Shown here: in pieces, positions 27,526 to 36,610 of the stretch | Numbering within the stretch: position 1 is the first letter of the stretch | Layout of the letters: each line of letters starts with the position of its first letter | DNA from: an uncultured Bacteroidales bacterium | GTDB lineage: Bacteria; Bacteroidota; Bacteroidia; Bacteroidales; FEN-979 | DNA: 64,000 bases | Direction: 5' to 3' | NCBI GenBank assembly: GCA_903887775.1 | Contig: CAISRB010000011.1 | Coordinates: forward strand, 259,664 to 323,663 | The notes under the pieces: generated by a model | What the model saw: only the letters and a program-made list of their open reading frames with translations | Told to the model about the DNA's origin: nothing | Databases searched by the model: none | Program-made: the position numbers and the translations under genes

Positions 27526-28596
27526 ATGAGGAAGATCCTGCTGGCAATCATAGCATTGGCCTGGTTCCTGCCCTCCCGTGGGCAGGAACTTGTGGTCAAC
27601 TTCACCTATGATACAGTATGCCTCGGAGACAGCACTCATCTGACAAGTAATTGCAGAATTATTGATACCCAGATTCCCCCGAGAGACGAGATAGTTGCGA
27701 TTGCCTGGGATGTGAATTGTGATGGAAAGTTTGATGAGGGAAAAGACACTGCCAATTATTCATTCCGTTTTAAAGATGCCGGATATCATTGTGTCGGATT
27801 AAAAGCAATCACAAAAAACGGCTTGGCAAAGGCAGCTTCCAATTTTATTCCTGTTAATTACCTTGAGCCATCTTTCTCAGCAAAGTCAGGATGCTTCCAG
27901 GATACGGTTGTCTTCACAAACGAGACGATAATTCAGGGTGATCCCCATGTCCTCTACGATTGGGATTTCGGTGACGGATCCGCAACTGATACCAATACTA
28001 ACCCTCATCATAAATTTATTGACTATGGCCAGTTTCAGGTTGGTTTAACTGCCCGGTTCAGTGTTAACTGTGGTACAAAAGTTTATAATTCATGGGTCAC
28101 TGTGAAAAACAAACCTGTTGTTGTTGTGAATTTCGCAGGGGATACGATCATGCATGCAGGTGACACTCTCATTGCAAGTGTCCAGGGAACCTATGACAGT
28201 ATACGCTGGTTACCGACAAAAGATACAACCTACACGATACTGATCACTCAGGGAGGTTATTATTCCGTCAAAGCCTATGACGGAGCTTGTCCTGGCCAGG
28301 CTGGTTTCAATGTAACTGTGAAAGAGCACGGCTCTGATCCTGTTGTCACTAACCTGGTCACACCAAACGGCGACGGGTTTAATGACCGCTGGAAAATTTT
28401 AAATCTCGCTGATATTAAACCCTGCCAGGTTAATGTCTTTAACCGATACGGGACACAGGTGTTTTCAAGCAGCGATTACAAGAACGACTGGGACGGTTCC
28501 TTTAACGGGAAACAGCTGGCCAATGATACATACTATTATTTTGCCCGCTGCTATAATCAGATTCTGTATAAAGGAAACGTAACTATATTAAAATGA
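27526..28596 (+). CDS. PKD-repeat protein with a T9SS type B (gliding-motility-associated) C-terminal domain
   Basis: 356 aa. YDWDFGDGS PKD motif. C-terminus VTPNGDGFNDRWKILNL...VNVFNRYGTQVF....Y.NDWDG..NGK.L...TYYYF. Confidence 0.8.
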   Translation: MRKILLAIIALAWFLPSRGQELVVNFTYDTVCLGDSTHLTSNCRIIDTQIPPRDEIVAIAWDVNCDGKFDEGKDTANYSFRFKDAGYHCVGLKAITKNGLAKAASNFIPVNYLEPSFSAKSGCFQDTVVFTNETIIQGDPHVLYDWDFGDGSATDTNTNPHHKFIDYGQFQVGLTARFSVNCGTKVYNSWVTVKNKPVVVVNFAGDTIMHAGDTLIASVQGTYDSIRWLPTKDTTYTILITQGGYYSVKAYDGACPGQAGFNVTVKEHGSDPVVTNLVTPNGDGFNDRWKILNLADIKPCQVNVFNRYGTQVFSSSDYKNDWDGSFNGKQLANDTYYYFARCYNQILYKGNVTILK

Positions 28597-28600
28597 TCAG

Positions 28601-29548
28601 ATGAATTCCCGAGCTATGAGTAAATGCCGGTTGTTGTTTCTTTTCTTACTGGTTACCCCGGGAATTATCATTGCCCAGCAATATCCGGTGTTGGATGAGT
28701 ACCGCATCAACCCGGGCATCCTTGCTCCGTCCTTTACAGGAAAGTCTTCTTTGTTCCAGGTATATTTAACCCAGCGGAATGAATGGACAGGCATCCCCGG
28801 TGCCCCGGTGACAGGAGCTGTCAATATTGAAGGTTCACCTTTTGAAAACATGGGGCTGGGAACAAATATAATGCTGAATAAAGCAGGAATAGTCAGGTAT
28901 TTCTCCTTCAGTATTAATTATGCTTATCACCTTCAATTAGCCACCTATCATTTTCTTCATTTCGGTGTCAGTCCCTGCCTGTACCAGAATTCAATTGACC
29001 TGTCAAACCTGGTTGTTGCTGATCAAAACGATCCTGTGCTCAATGCATCCGGAAAAATTACAGAAACATATATCAACTTCGGTGCAAGCCTTATGTATTC
29101 CTATAAAACACTTAATATTTGCTTTGCATTCCCGTACCTGTTTAACAACAGGTCGTTATATCAGGACCCTCAGTATTCAAACTACCTTACAATGGGGACC
29201 AACTTCCAGCTGTATTTGAATTATATGCTTCTATTTTCAAAAGACTGGGGTTTGCAATTTGATGTATTATACCGTAACATGCAATATACCCCCTGGCTTA
29301 TCGATGCGGGAGTCATGATCAAGTATAAAGAAAGTTACTGGCTGGGACTTTTGTACCGCAAAGGAAATACCTTTGCAGTGAACGCCGGATTCTGTGTTGC
29401 CAATACTTTTGTACTAGGATATAATTATGAGTTCTCGGGTAGCGCTATGATGGGAAAGAGCGGAGGAACCCATGAGGTGACGCTCGGATACTCTTATCAG
29501 GGGAAACATAAGAAGAAAGCCCTTCCTTTAAAGGTGAAAGACTATTGA
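28601..29548 (+). CDS. PorP/SprF family type IX secretion system membrane protein
   Basis: 315 aa. The N-terminal AQQYPVLDEYRINPGILAPSFTG signature, beta-barrel-like composition, and position directly after a type B CTD gene. Confidence 0.8.
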   Translation: MNSRAMSKCRLLFLFLLVTPGIIIAQQYPVLDEYRINPGILAPSFTGKSSLFQVYLTQRNEWTGIPGAPVTGAVNIEGSPFENMGLGTNIMLNKAGIVRYFSFSINYAYHLQLATYHFLHFGVSPCLYQNSIDLSNLVVADQNDPVLNASGKITETYINFGASLMYSYKTLNICFAFPYLFNNRSLYQDPQYSNYLTMGTNFQLYLNYMLLFSKDWGLQFDVLYRNMQYTPWLIDAGVMIKYKESYWLGLLYRKGNTFAVNAGFCVANTFVLGYNYEFSGSAMMGKSGGTHEVTLGYSYQGKHKKKALPLKVKDY

Positions 29549-32500
29549 AAATGAAGCTAAAGGAAAAAATATACAATATTCTTCTTATCCTTGTCCTGGG
29601 AGGGCTGATGCCAGCTGTTGCGTTCGGCCAGAACTCGAATAAGCGGGGAGGTATTGGGTTCAGGATCGATGAAAATCCACCTGTAAACAAAATACATTCC
29701 TATGATTCCGTTTTTTCGATTTTTGGCCAGAAATATTCATTTGCTGTAACTTCCTACGTACTGCCCCTGGTCCCTTCTTATACAGATACCTTAAAATCGC
29801 TTGCCCAAAGAGGTATCGAACTTATGGACAATACCCCCACCCATTCCACACAGTTTTTTAATGTTCTGAATTTATCCGAGCTCAATCAGTATATAAACAA
29901 TCCCGGGGTGGACCACTTCAACGGACAAAAAGTCTGCCTTAAATATGTTTCATGCGACACTGCAAATCCACATGGCGAAGGGTATGTAAATGTTTTTCAA
30001 AATAAGGTGATCAGCTATGAACCCGGTGAATTCCATGACCTGCTATCACCATCGCCCTATTTTGCTGTTTACCTGGATGTCCCGGTCAACCCTTTATGCC
30101 TGTTCTACGACATCCAGGCAGTCAATAGATCTGATCCTGATACACTCTATATCAAGTCTTTCTGGGATGAAACAATCAGCCTCACTGATAATTGGCATAT
30201 CCATTATCACAAGATTCAAAACAATGAGGTAGTCATGCATGATACAGCGGTTAAAATCCTTGGCCAAAGGTCATTACATGTCTTTGATTCTGTGAACCTT
30301 GCAAGACCATATACATGGATCCAACCAGAAGGTCCATATCCCTGGATTAACCCGGTTAAATTAAAATCAATCCTTGGAGATAAACTGAATTATAAGCAAT
30401 CAACCTCATTTATCACTCCTTCATGGTTTTGTTATAATGAATATAACCCACAAAAGATTAAGCAATTCGCAATCAACAGCGAAGTTCTTAATATGGAAAC
30501 AGGTACATTCACTTCAACTATCCATGTGATCGCGAAAGCTATTGCGAAACATTATGTGCTTTTTGATGTTGCAAGATTAGCAAATCCGACCGGAGGGTTT
30601 AATGCGTATCTTCAGAGGATGGACAGCCTGCTTTCGTGGTGTACTTCCAATAATATCCCGATTCGTACATATTCACAATGGAAATCAATATTATATGACA
30701 GCATTCCACAAAAAATCACGAATATTTTTCCACAACTGAATGTAGATCTGGACCAGGATAATTGGCCCGATGGTTTTAATTATGGTTTGGGTGGTGTATT
30801 TGATCAGACTGATGGTGTGGAGGAAAGCGGCAATAAGTGCTTCAGGCTGGATTCATTATCAGGCAATAATAAAATATGTTTTGTCGACAGCCTGGCTGGT
30901 CTTGAAAAAGGGAAAAACCTCTTTTCCATTTGGACGAAAGGCCTTGGGAAACCAGGAAGCAGGATTTTATGCCATATCAGGTTCCAGAATCAATTGCAGG
31001 ATATTTATATTCCTTCCGACAGCAGTGGATGGAAACAATATACCTATGTCATTTATGTTCCTGCTTCAACCAGCATTGCGGACTTTGAATTTTATGGAAA
31101 TATTCCCGATAACCATGATATTGTGAAAATCAGCGGAATGAATTTCCGTTCTGCCGGATTTCTTACAAGTACACCGATCCCCTTGCAAGTGGAAACTGCT
31201 AATGTGCTGTTTCCGAAAATCAACCTGAATAATCTTGTACTGGATACTACATATCCGCCTTCAAGTTTAATCTGGACCTTCAAACACAATCATCATATGC
31301 GGTTTTCGAAGGATTCGCTCGGCATGATGAAATCAAGCAGACCAACCTCCTTCTGGTTAGGAAAGGACAGTGTTTATGCGATTGCACGAAGGCCCGACAT
31401 GCTTACCGACAGCTGCTTTTTCAGGTTCAGGTCAGATTCCGTCCCTTCGGGTTGTACGGGTGAGAGTATCAACATTGCAATTCTTGACACCATTACAAGT
31501 TTAGACTATGTTGTGTGGACTTCCTCGCCCTATGACTCGACAATGAGCGATACCACGATCTTTAACCCGACAGTCTCTCCTAAGATCACAACGCATTATT
31601 ATGTCAAAGTATACAACCTGCTTGGAAATATATTTCATGACAGCATCGTGATCAGCCGTTATCCTTATCCGGTGCCCGGTCTTTTCAAAGACTCGACAAT
31701 CTGCTTTGGAGATTCAGTCGTCCTCACTGCCCATCAAGGAAATCATTACCTGTGGAGTACGGGCGATTCTACGGCTACAATAACGGTTCGACCGGATACA
31801 ACAACTGTGTATACGGTCCACGTTACAAACCAGGGGCATTGCTCGGCAGATGACACTTGCACAATCTCAGTTGATAAGATTCCGGATGTGAAAATTTCAG
31901 GACTGCTCACACATTACTGCGCGAATGATACTTGTATTCTGATGCAGGGTACTCCCTGGTATGGGCATTTCGGCGGCAGTCCGGGAATTGTCGGAAGCCA
32001 ATTCTGTCCCAAACAGGCCAGGATAGGCAGAGATACTGTGTGGTACGCGGTCACCACAACGCACGGATGTTACAAAGCCGATACGGTCTTTGTTAATGTC
32101 AATGCATCACCTGAACCTGGTCTTTTTAAAGACTCAACCATCTGCGAAGGCAAATCGGTAATTCTTACCGCGAAGGGAGGGACCAGTTATTTATGGAGCA
32201 CAATGGATACAACGGCATCAATTACTGTCAGCCCAGGTAAGGATTCCGTATATTCTGTCAAAGTAACAAATCAATGGGATTGTTCGGCAGGTGACACAAC
32301 CACTATCTTAGTTGAGAAAATCCCTGTCGTTAAAATTCAGGGTCTCCTTCCGCAATATTGTGCCATTGATACCTGTTACGGTATGCATGGAACTCCGGGG
32401 AACGGTTTGTTCGGGGGCAGTCCGGGGGTGGTAGACAGTACATTCTGCCCAAAGCTGGCCGGGCCAGGAAGAGACACAGTATGGTATCAGGTAACAACTC

Positions 32501-33042
32501 AGCATGGATGTTATAATGCTGATACGGCCCATGTCGTGGTTAACCTGCTTCCCGTTATTCCGAAATTACCGGATACTACCCTGTATGCCGATAAAACAAT
32601 ATTACTTGATGCAGGGCCAGGCGCTGATAACTACCTCTGGTCAAACGGGGATACAACCTATTATACCTCGGCAGATACTTTGCATCATGGCCTGGGTCTG
32701 CTGGAAGTTTGGGTCTATGTAACGAAGGAGGGTTGTGTTGCCACGGATACAGCCAGGATCATTTTTATTAAAAATCCGATCGGTATCAATGATATAGCTG
32801 CTGAAGACCTGTTTAAGATTTTTCCAGTTCCTTTCAATGAAAGTATAAATATAGTCATGAAAGAGAATCCGGCAACAGGCGATCAGGCAAGATTAACAGA
32901 CATGAAGGGAGAAATAATCGCTTCTGTTCAAATGGTGGAAAGGATCACGAAATTACCTGTGACAAATATTGCAAAGGGCGTTTATATATTACTCCTCAGG
33001 CATAACAACAGGGAGTATTACGTAAAGGTTGTCAGGCTCTGA
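29545..33042 (+). CDS. Large secreted protein with tandem Ig-like modules and a T9SS type A sorting domain
   Basis: 1165 aa. Signal peptide. Two ~147-aa tandem modules (GLFKDSTIC.G.SV.LTA..G..YLWST.D.TA.ITV...). C-terminus FKIFPVPFNESINIV...KGVYILLL...VKVVRL. Its start overlaps the PorP/SprF stop (ATGA). Confidence 0.7.
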   Translation: MKMKLKEKIYNILLILVLGGLMPAVAFGQNSNKRGGIGFRIDENPPVNKIHSYDSVFSIFGQKYSFAVTSYVLPLVPSYTDTLKSLAQRGIELMDNTPTHSTQFFNVLNLSELNQYINNPGVDHFNGQKVCLKYVSCDTANPHGEGYVNVFQNKVISYEPGEFHDLLSPSPYFAVYLDVPVNPLCLFYDIQAVNRSDPDTLYIKSFWDETISLTDNWHIHYHKIQNNEVVMHDTAVKILGQRSLHVFDSVNLARPYTWIQPEGPYPWINPVKLKSILGDKLNYKQSTSFITPSWFCYNEYNPQKIKQFAINSEVLNMETGTFTSTIHVIAKAIAKHYVLFDVARLANPTGGFNAYLQRMDSLLSWCTSNNIPIRTYSQWKSILYDSIPQKITNIFPQLNVDLDQDNWPDGFNYGLGGVFDQTDGVEESGNKCFRLDSLSGNNKICFVDSLAGLEKGKNLFSIWTKGLGKPGSRILCHIRFQNQLQDIYIPSDSSGWKQYTYVIYVPASTSIADFEFYGNIPDNHDIVKISGMNFRSAGFLTSTPIPLQVETANVLFPKINLNNLVLDTTYPPSSLIWTFKHNHHMRFSKDSLGMMKSSRPTSFWLGKDSVYAIARRPDMLTDSCFFRFRSDSVPSGCTGESINIAILDTITSLDYVVWTSSPYDSTMSDTTIFNPTVSPKITTHYYVKVYNLLGNIFHDSIVISRYPYPVPGLFKDSTICFGDSVVLTAHQGNHYLWSTGDSTATITVRPDTTTVYTVHVTNQGHCSADDTCTISVDKIPDVKISGLLTHYCANDTCILMQGTPWYGHFGGSPGIVGSQFCPKQARIGRDTVWYAVTTTHGCYKADTVFVNVNASPEPGLFKDSTICEGKSVILTAKGGTSYLWSTMDTTASITVSPGKDSVYSVKVTNQWDCSAGDTTTILVEKIPVVKIQGLLPQYCAIDTCYGMHGTPGNGLFGGSPGVVDSTFCPKLAGPGRDTVWYQVTTQHGCYNADTAHVVVNLLPVIPKLPDTTLYADKTILLDAGPGADNYLWSNGDTTYYTSADTLHHGLGLLEVWVYVTKEGCVATDTARIIFIKNPIGINDIAAEDLFKIFPVPFNESINIVMKENPATGDQARLTDMKGEIIASVQMVERITKLPVTNIAKGVYILLLRHNNREYYVKVVRL

Positions 33043-33043
33043 G

Positions 33044-34372
33044 CTATTGGATGGCCAGCGAATCGATGACATCGCTGAGTTCTTTCGGGCGATATGGCTT
33101 TGCAAGATATTCATCCATACCTGCTGACAGGCATTTTTCACGGTCAGTCATGATAACATGGGCTGTCACTGCAATAATTTTAACCGGAGGTTTGGCACTG
33201 GCAGGATCTTTTTTCATCTGCTCTTTCTCATAATTCCGGATCACATGGGTCGATTCTATCCCATCCATTATCGGCATTGCAATATCCATGATTATCAGGT
33301 CATATTGCGTTTCGCGAAATTTCTCAAATGCGATTTTTCCGTTTTCCGCGATTTCAACGTGGTGGCCTGACCTGCCCAGGGTAGTGGCTGCAAATTTCTG
33401 GTTAAGGATGTTATCCTCTACCAATAAAATGTTCAAAGGCCTGCTCTTCTTTATTACCTTTTGTTCCTGCTTGATGTTATTCCTGAATGCTTCTATATCG
33501 CCAACCGCATACAATAAAGTGAACCAGAAAGTCGAGCCGCTGTCTTTTTTACTGATCACTCCGATTTTACCATTCATCAGATCTATAAGATTCTTTGAGA
33601 TCGACAAACCCAGTCCGGTGCCTTCAAATTGTTTTATCAGGGGACTATCCAGCTGTGCATATTCCTTGAACAGATTTGGTTGTTCTTCTTCAGGAATTCC
33701 CACTCCGGTATCACTTACTTCAAATTTCAAGAGTACATGCCCCGGAGGAAGGCTTTGCATGGTCAGGATACTATCAGGTAAATATTCGGTAAGTCTGAGG
33801 TCATCAAGCCGGCTGGCGTCAAGGATCTCGACTGAAACTACTACAGATCCCTCAATGGTAAATTTCAATGCATTGTTTGTAAGGTTTACAAGGATCTGAT
33901 GCAAACGGACAGCATCACCGATTATACATTCCGGTACTGACGATTGTATCCTGTATGAAAGTTCTACACCTTTGCCTTTTGCCCTGAGAAATAACATCTT
34001 GATTATCTGGTGAATTTCTTCATGGAGCAGAAATGGCTTGCTTTCGAGTTTCAGCTGCCCGGCTTTGATCTTTGAGAAATCAAGAATATCATTTATTATC
34101 GCAAGCAGATTATGACTGGATATATTAATTACTTCAAGAAGTTCGCGCTGTTCCGGGCTGAGGTTGGTCTGGTCAAGGATATTGTAAATCCCGATAATAC
34201 TATTCATCGGGGTCCTGATTTCATGGCTCATATTGGCCAGAAATATTGTTTTCGTGCGTTCCGCATCGTAAGCTATTATCCTGGCTTTATCGAGATCTTT
34301 TAAAGCCCGGGTGTATTTGTTTTCAAGTTCCGTAATCTGGGACTCCAATTCCTGAATCTTCAACTCTTTCAT
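33044..34372 (-). CDS. Soluble hybrid sensor histidine kinase / response regulator (coiled coil-DHp-CA-REC)
   Basis: 442 aa. Intact H-box FLANMSHEIRTPMNSIIG; N box NLTNNALKFT; G boxes DTGVGI and GTGLGLSI. Receiver with IIMDIAMPIMDG and LAKPY. No TM or sensor domain seen. Confidence 0.9.
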   Translation of the reverse strand: MKELKIQELESQITELENKYTRALKDLDKARIIAYDAERTKTIFLANMSHEIRTPMNSIIGIYNILDQTNLSPEQRELLEVINISSHNLLAIINDILDFSKIKAGQLKLESKPFLLHEEIHQIIKMLFLRAKGKGVELSYRIQSSVPECIIGDAVRLHQILVNLTNNALKFTIEGSVVVSVEILDASRLDDLRLTEYLPDSILTMQSLPPGHVLLKFEVSDTGVGIPEEEQPNLFKEYAQLDSPLIKQFEGTGLGLSISKNLIDLMNGKIGVISKKDSGSTFWFTLLYAVGDIEAFRNNIKQEQKVIKKSRPLNILLVEDNILNQKFAATTLGRSGHHVEIAENGKIAFEKFRETQYDLIIMDIAMPIMDGIESTHVIRNYEKEQMKKDPASAKPPVKIIAVTAHVIMTDREKCLSAGMDEYLAKPYRPKELSDVIDSLAIQ

Positions 34373-34376
34373 AAAA

Positions 34377-35792
34377 TCAATACTTATTCAGCTGGTTTTT
34401 CATAATTGAATATAATTGCTGCTGGTTGATCGGTTTCGAAATATAATCGTCAAACCCCGCTTCCAGAAGGGTCTCACGGTCTCCTGCCATAGCATAAGCA
34501 GTTTGCGCAATAAAGGGCACTGACCTGTATTGCTTCCATTTTTTTCTGATCTCCTGCATCAGCTTTATCCCGTCCCAGGGAGGAGGGAGGTTGATATCGA
34601 AGAGCATGATATCGAAAAACTTGTCTGCGGCGGCTTTCTCATTGATGATCTTCAGGGTCTCGTCCCCGTTAACAGCTGCAACAACACGGCCCATCGCCTT
34701 CGTCATTTCAGTCAGAACGAGCTTGTTCATCATATCGTCTTCAACAATAAAAATATCAAGGTCGTGAAGGCCTTTTGCTTTTTTCTTTACTTCCTGAGGA
34801 GGATGCGCTGATTCTTCCACAACTGCGACAGAAGCGCGTATATAGAGTGTAACCGTAGTCCCGATTCCTCTTTCAGAATTGATCTCAAGCGATCCCTCCA
34901 TCATTTCGAGCAGACTTTTTGCAAGAGGAAGACCTAATCCGGAACCTTTCCCTTCTTTTGAAAATCCTGTAGTATCGCTTTTGAATGGAGCCAGTAGTTC
35001 AGGTAAAAACGCGGGGTCAATTCCAACCCCTGTATCTTTGATCCTGATGGATATCAGATGGGAATCTTTATTGTAATCCGTCGAAATATTGATAAAGCCC
35101 TGCTCGGTGAACTTTATTGAATTATCCAGAACGATACTCAAAGCTTTCGAGAATCCTGTTTCATCAGCCAAACCTTCAGGAACCTCACCTGGTTTGAAAT
35201 TCAATTTCAGTTTTTTCTTATTTGCCTGAAAGAGATATACCTGTATCGTGTTAGCGACGATCACATTCAAAGCGCAGGGTACAGGTTTCAAAGTAAAGTC
35301 ATTCGACTCAACCCTGCTGATATCTATGATGTTATTTAAAAGATGGAGCAGTCTGTCACCGCTTTCGAGTACCGCATGGGCATAGTCGAAAAGTTCCTTA
35401 TTTTCCAGAACAGAAAGCTCAGCCTCAAGCAGGCTCGCAAAACCGATGATGTTATTTAAAGGGGTTCGGATCTCGGAACTCACATTGGAAAGAAAAGAGT
35501 TCAGAAGGAAATTGGCATCTTCAGCTTTTTTTAATGCTTTTTTCAACATGATATCCCGATCCCGTTTCTCTTCATATTCCTCTTTTATAGCCATCATCCG
35601 GGTATTCACCTGCTTATCTACCTGCTGTTCATACTCTCTGATCTTTTCAGAGGCTTTGCTCAGTTCTTCTTCTTTCTCTTTCAGCAATATGATGTGTTTT
35701 GATGTATGTTGTCTGAATCTCAGAAATAAAAATGATGACAGGATCATCAGTAACAGTATCATCAAAATAAGGAAAACGCTCAGAGTAGTCAT
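34377..35792 (-). CDS. Membrane-anchored hybrid histidine-kinase-like protein with Ser in place of the phospho-accepting His
   Basis: Start set at MTTLSVFLILMILLL (35792), just after the stop of the upstream gene. The H-box reads FLSNVSSEIRTPLNNIIG (codon TCC at 35475-35477). The N/G boxes (VLDNSIKFT, DTGVGID, GSGLGLPLA) and the receiver (MLFDINLP, ISKPI) are intact. Confidence 0.85.
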   Translation of the reverse strand: MTTLSVFLILMILLLMILSSFLFLRFRQHTSKHIILLKEKEEELSKASEKIREYEQQVDKQVNTRMMAIKEEYEEKRDRDIMLKKALKKAEDANFLLNSFLSNVSSEIRTPLNNIIGFASLLEAELSVLENKELFDYAHAVLESGDRLLHLLNNIIDISRVESNDFTLKPVPCALNVIVANTIQVYLFQANKKKLKLNFKPGEVPEGLADETGFSKALSIVLDNSIKFTEQGFINISTDYNKDSHLISIRIKDTGVGIDPAFLPELLAPFKSDTTGFSKEGKGSGLGLPLAKSLLEMMEGSLEINSERGIGTTVTLYIRASVAVVEESAHPPQEVKKKAKGLHDLDIFIVEDDMMNKLVLTEMTKAMGRVVAAVNGDETLKIINEKAAADKFFDIMLFDINLPPPWDGIKLMQEIRKKWKQYRSVPFIAQTAYAMAGDRETLLEAGFDDYISKPINQQQLYSIMKNQLNKY

Positions 35793-35800
35793 ACCGGGAG

Positions 35801-36607
35801 TTATTTGTAAGCAATAAACAGATCTTCCAGTGGATTGATCGCAAATCTGTCCAGTTCCAAAGGCCAATTGTCTTTATAAGGGTTAAAACGTTTCACAACA
35901 AAACCACTGTACTCTAACCTGCCGGGGTAATCCTGTCCATAAATCCGGACATGATCAAACTGGCCGTATATTTTTTCCCTTTCTTCAGCTGTTGTCACTG
36001 AAGGATCTTCAAATGTCTTTTCAAGTATTCCGGAGATAGGAACCTGCAAAATTGCCCAGCCGCCTGGTTTAAGCACCCGGTAAAGTTCACTGATTGCTTT
36101 ATGATCGTCAGGAATATGCTCCAGGACGTGATTACAAATAACCACATCAAATGTGTTATCTTCAAACTCCAGTTTAGTGATATCAAGTACAGCGGTATTT
36201 TTATCATAATAAAATCCCTGATGATATTTCATCCCGGCCTCGTATGTAATGTTTGGAAGTTTCGAAAGCATTGCCCTGATACATCCTTCCGGAGCAATAT
36301 GAAAAACTTTAAGAGGTCCGCTGAAAATATTCGTTTTATGGCTAAGGAACAAATATATCAGCCTGTCCCTGTCCAAAGAATAACAGCGTGGACAAACATC
36401 ATTAAGCCTGTATCCTGCACCTATTATTTGCTTCTCATAAATCACCGGTAAATCAATGCCACCGGGACGGAACTTGCGGAAGGAATGATTGCAAAACGGG
36501 CAGGTATAAGCATCACCTTTGTGAATGAGAGCTGATAATTTCTGATAAATACCCCTTAATTTTGCAGCTAACCAGTAGGGGATCAGGTTTTTGAATGGAA
36601 AATTCAT
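35801..36607 (-). CDS. Class I SAM-dependent methyltransferase with an N-terminal Cys4 zinc-ribbon-like motif
   Basis: 268 aa. CPFCNHSF...CPRC, then FDVVICNHVLEHIPDDHKAISELYRVLKPGGWAILQVP (Methyltransf_11-like). Confidence 0.8.
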   Translation of the reverse strand: MNFPFKNLIPYWLAAKLRGIYQKLSALIHKGDAYTCPFCNHSFRKFRPGGIDLPVIYEKQIIGAGYRLNDVCPRCYSLDRDRLIYLFLSHKTNIFSGPLKVFHIAPEGCIRAMLSKLPNITYEAGMKYHQGFYYDKNTAVLDITKLEFEDNTFDVVICNHVLEHIPDDHKAISELYRVLKPGGWAILQVPISGILEKTFEDPSVTTAEEREKIYGQFDHVRIYGQDYPGRLEYSGFVVKRFNPYKDNWPLELDRFAINPLEDLFIAYK

Positions 36608-36610
36608 CGT

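Noticed and set aside
33044-35792. Possibility that the two hybrid kinases are one gene split by a frameshift
   Set aside because: Each ORF carries its own complete DHp-CA-REC set and its own start context, separated by 4 nt. They are tandem paralogs, not halves.
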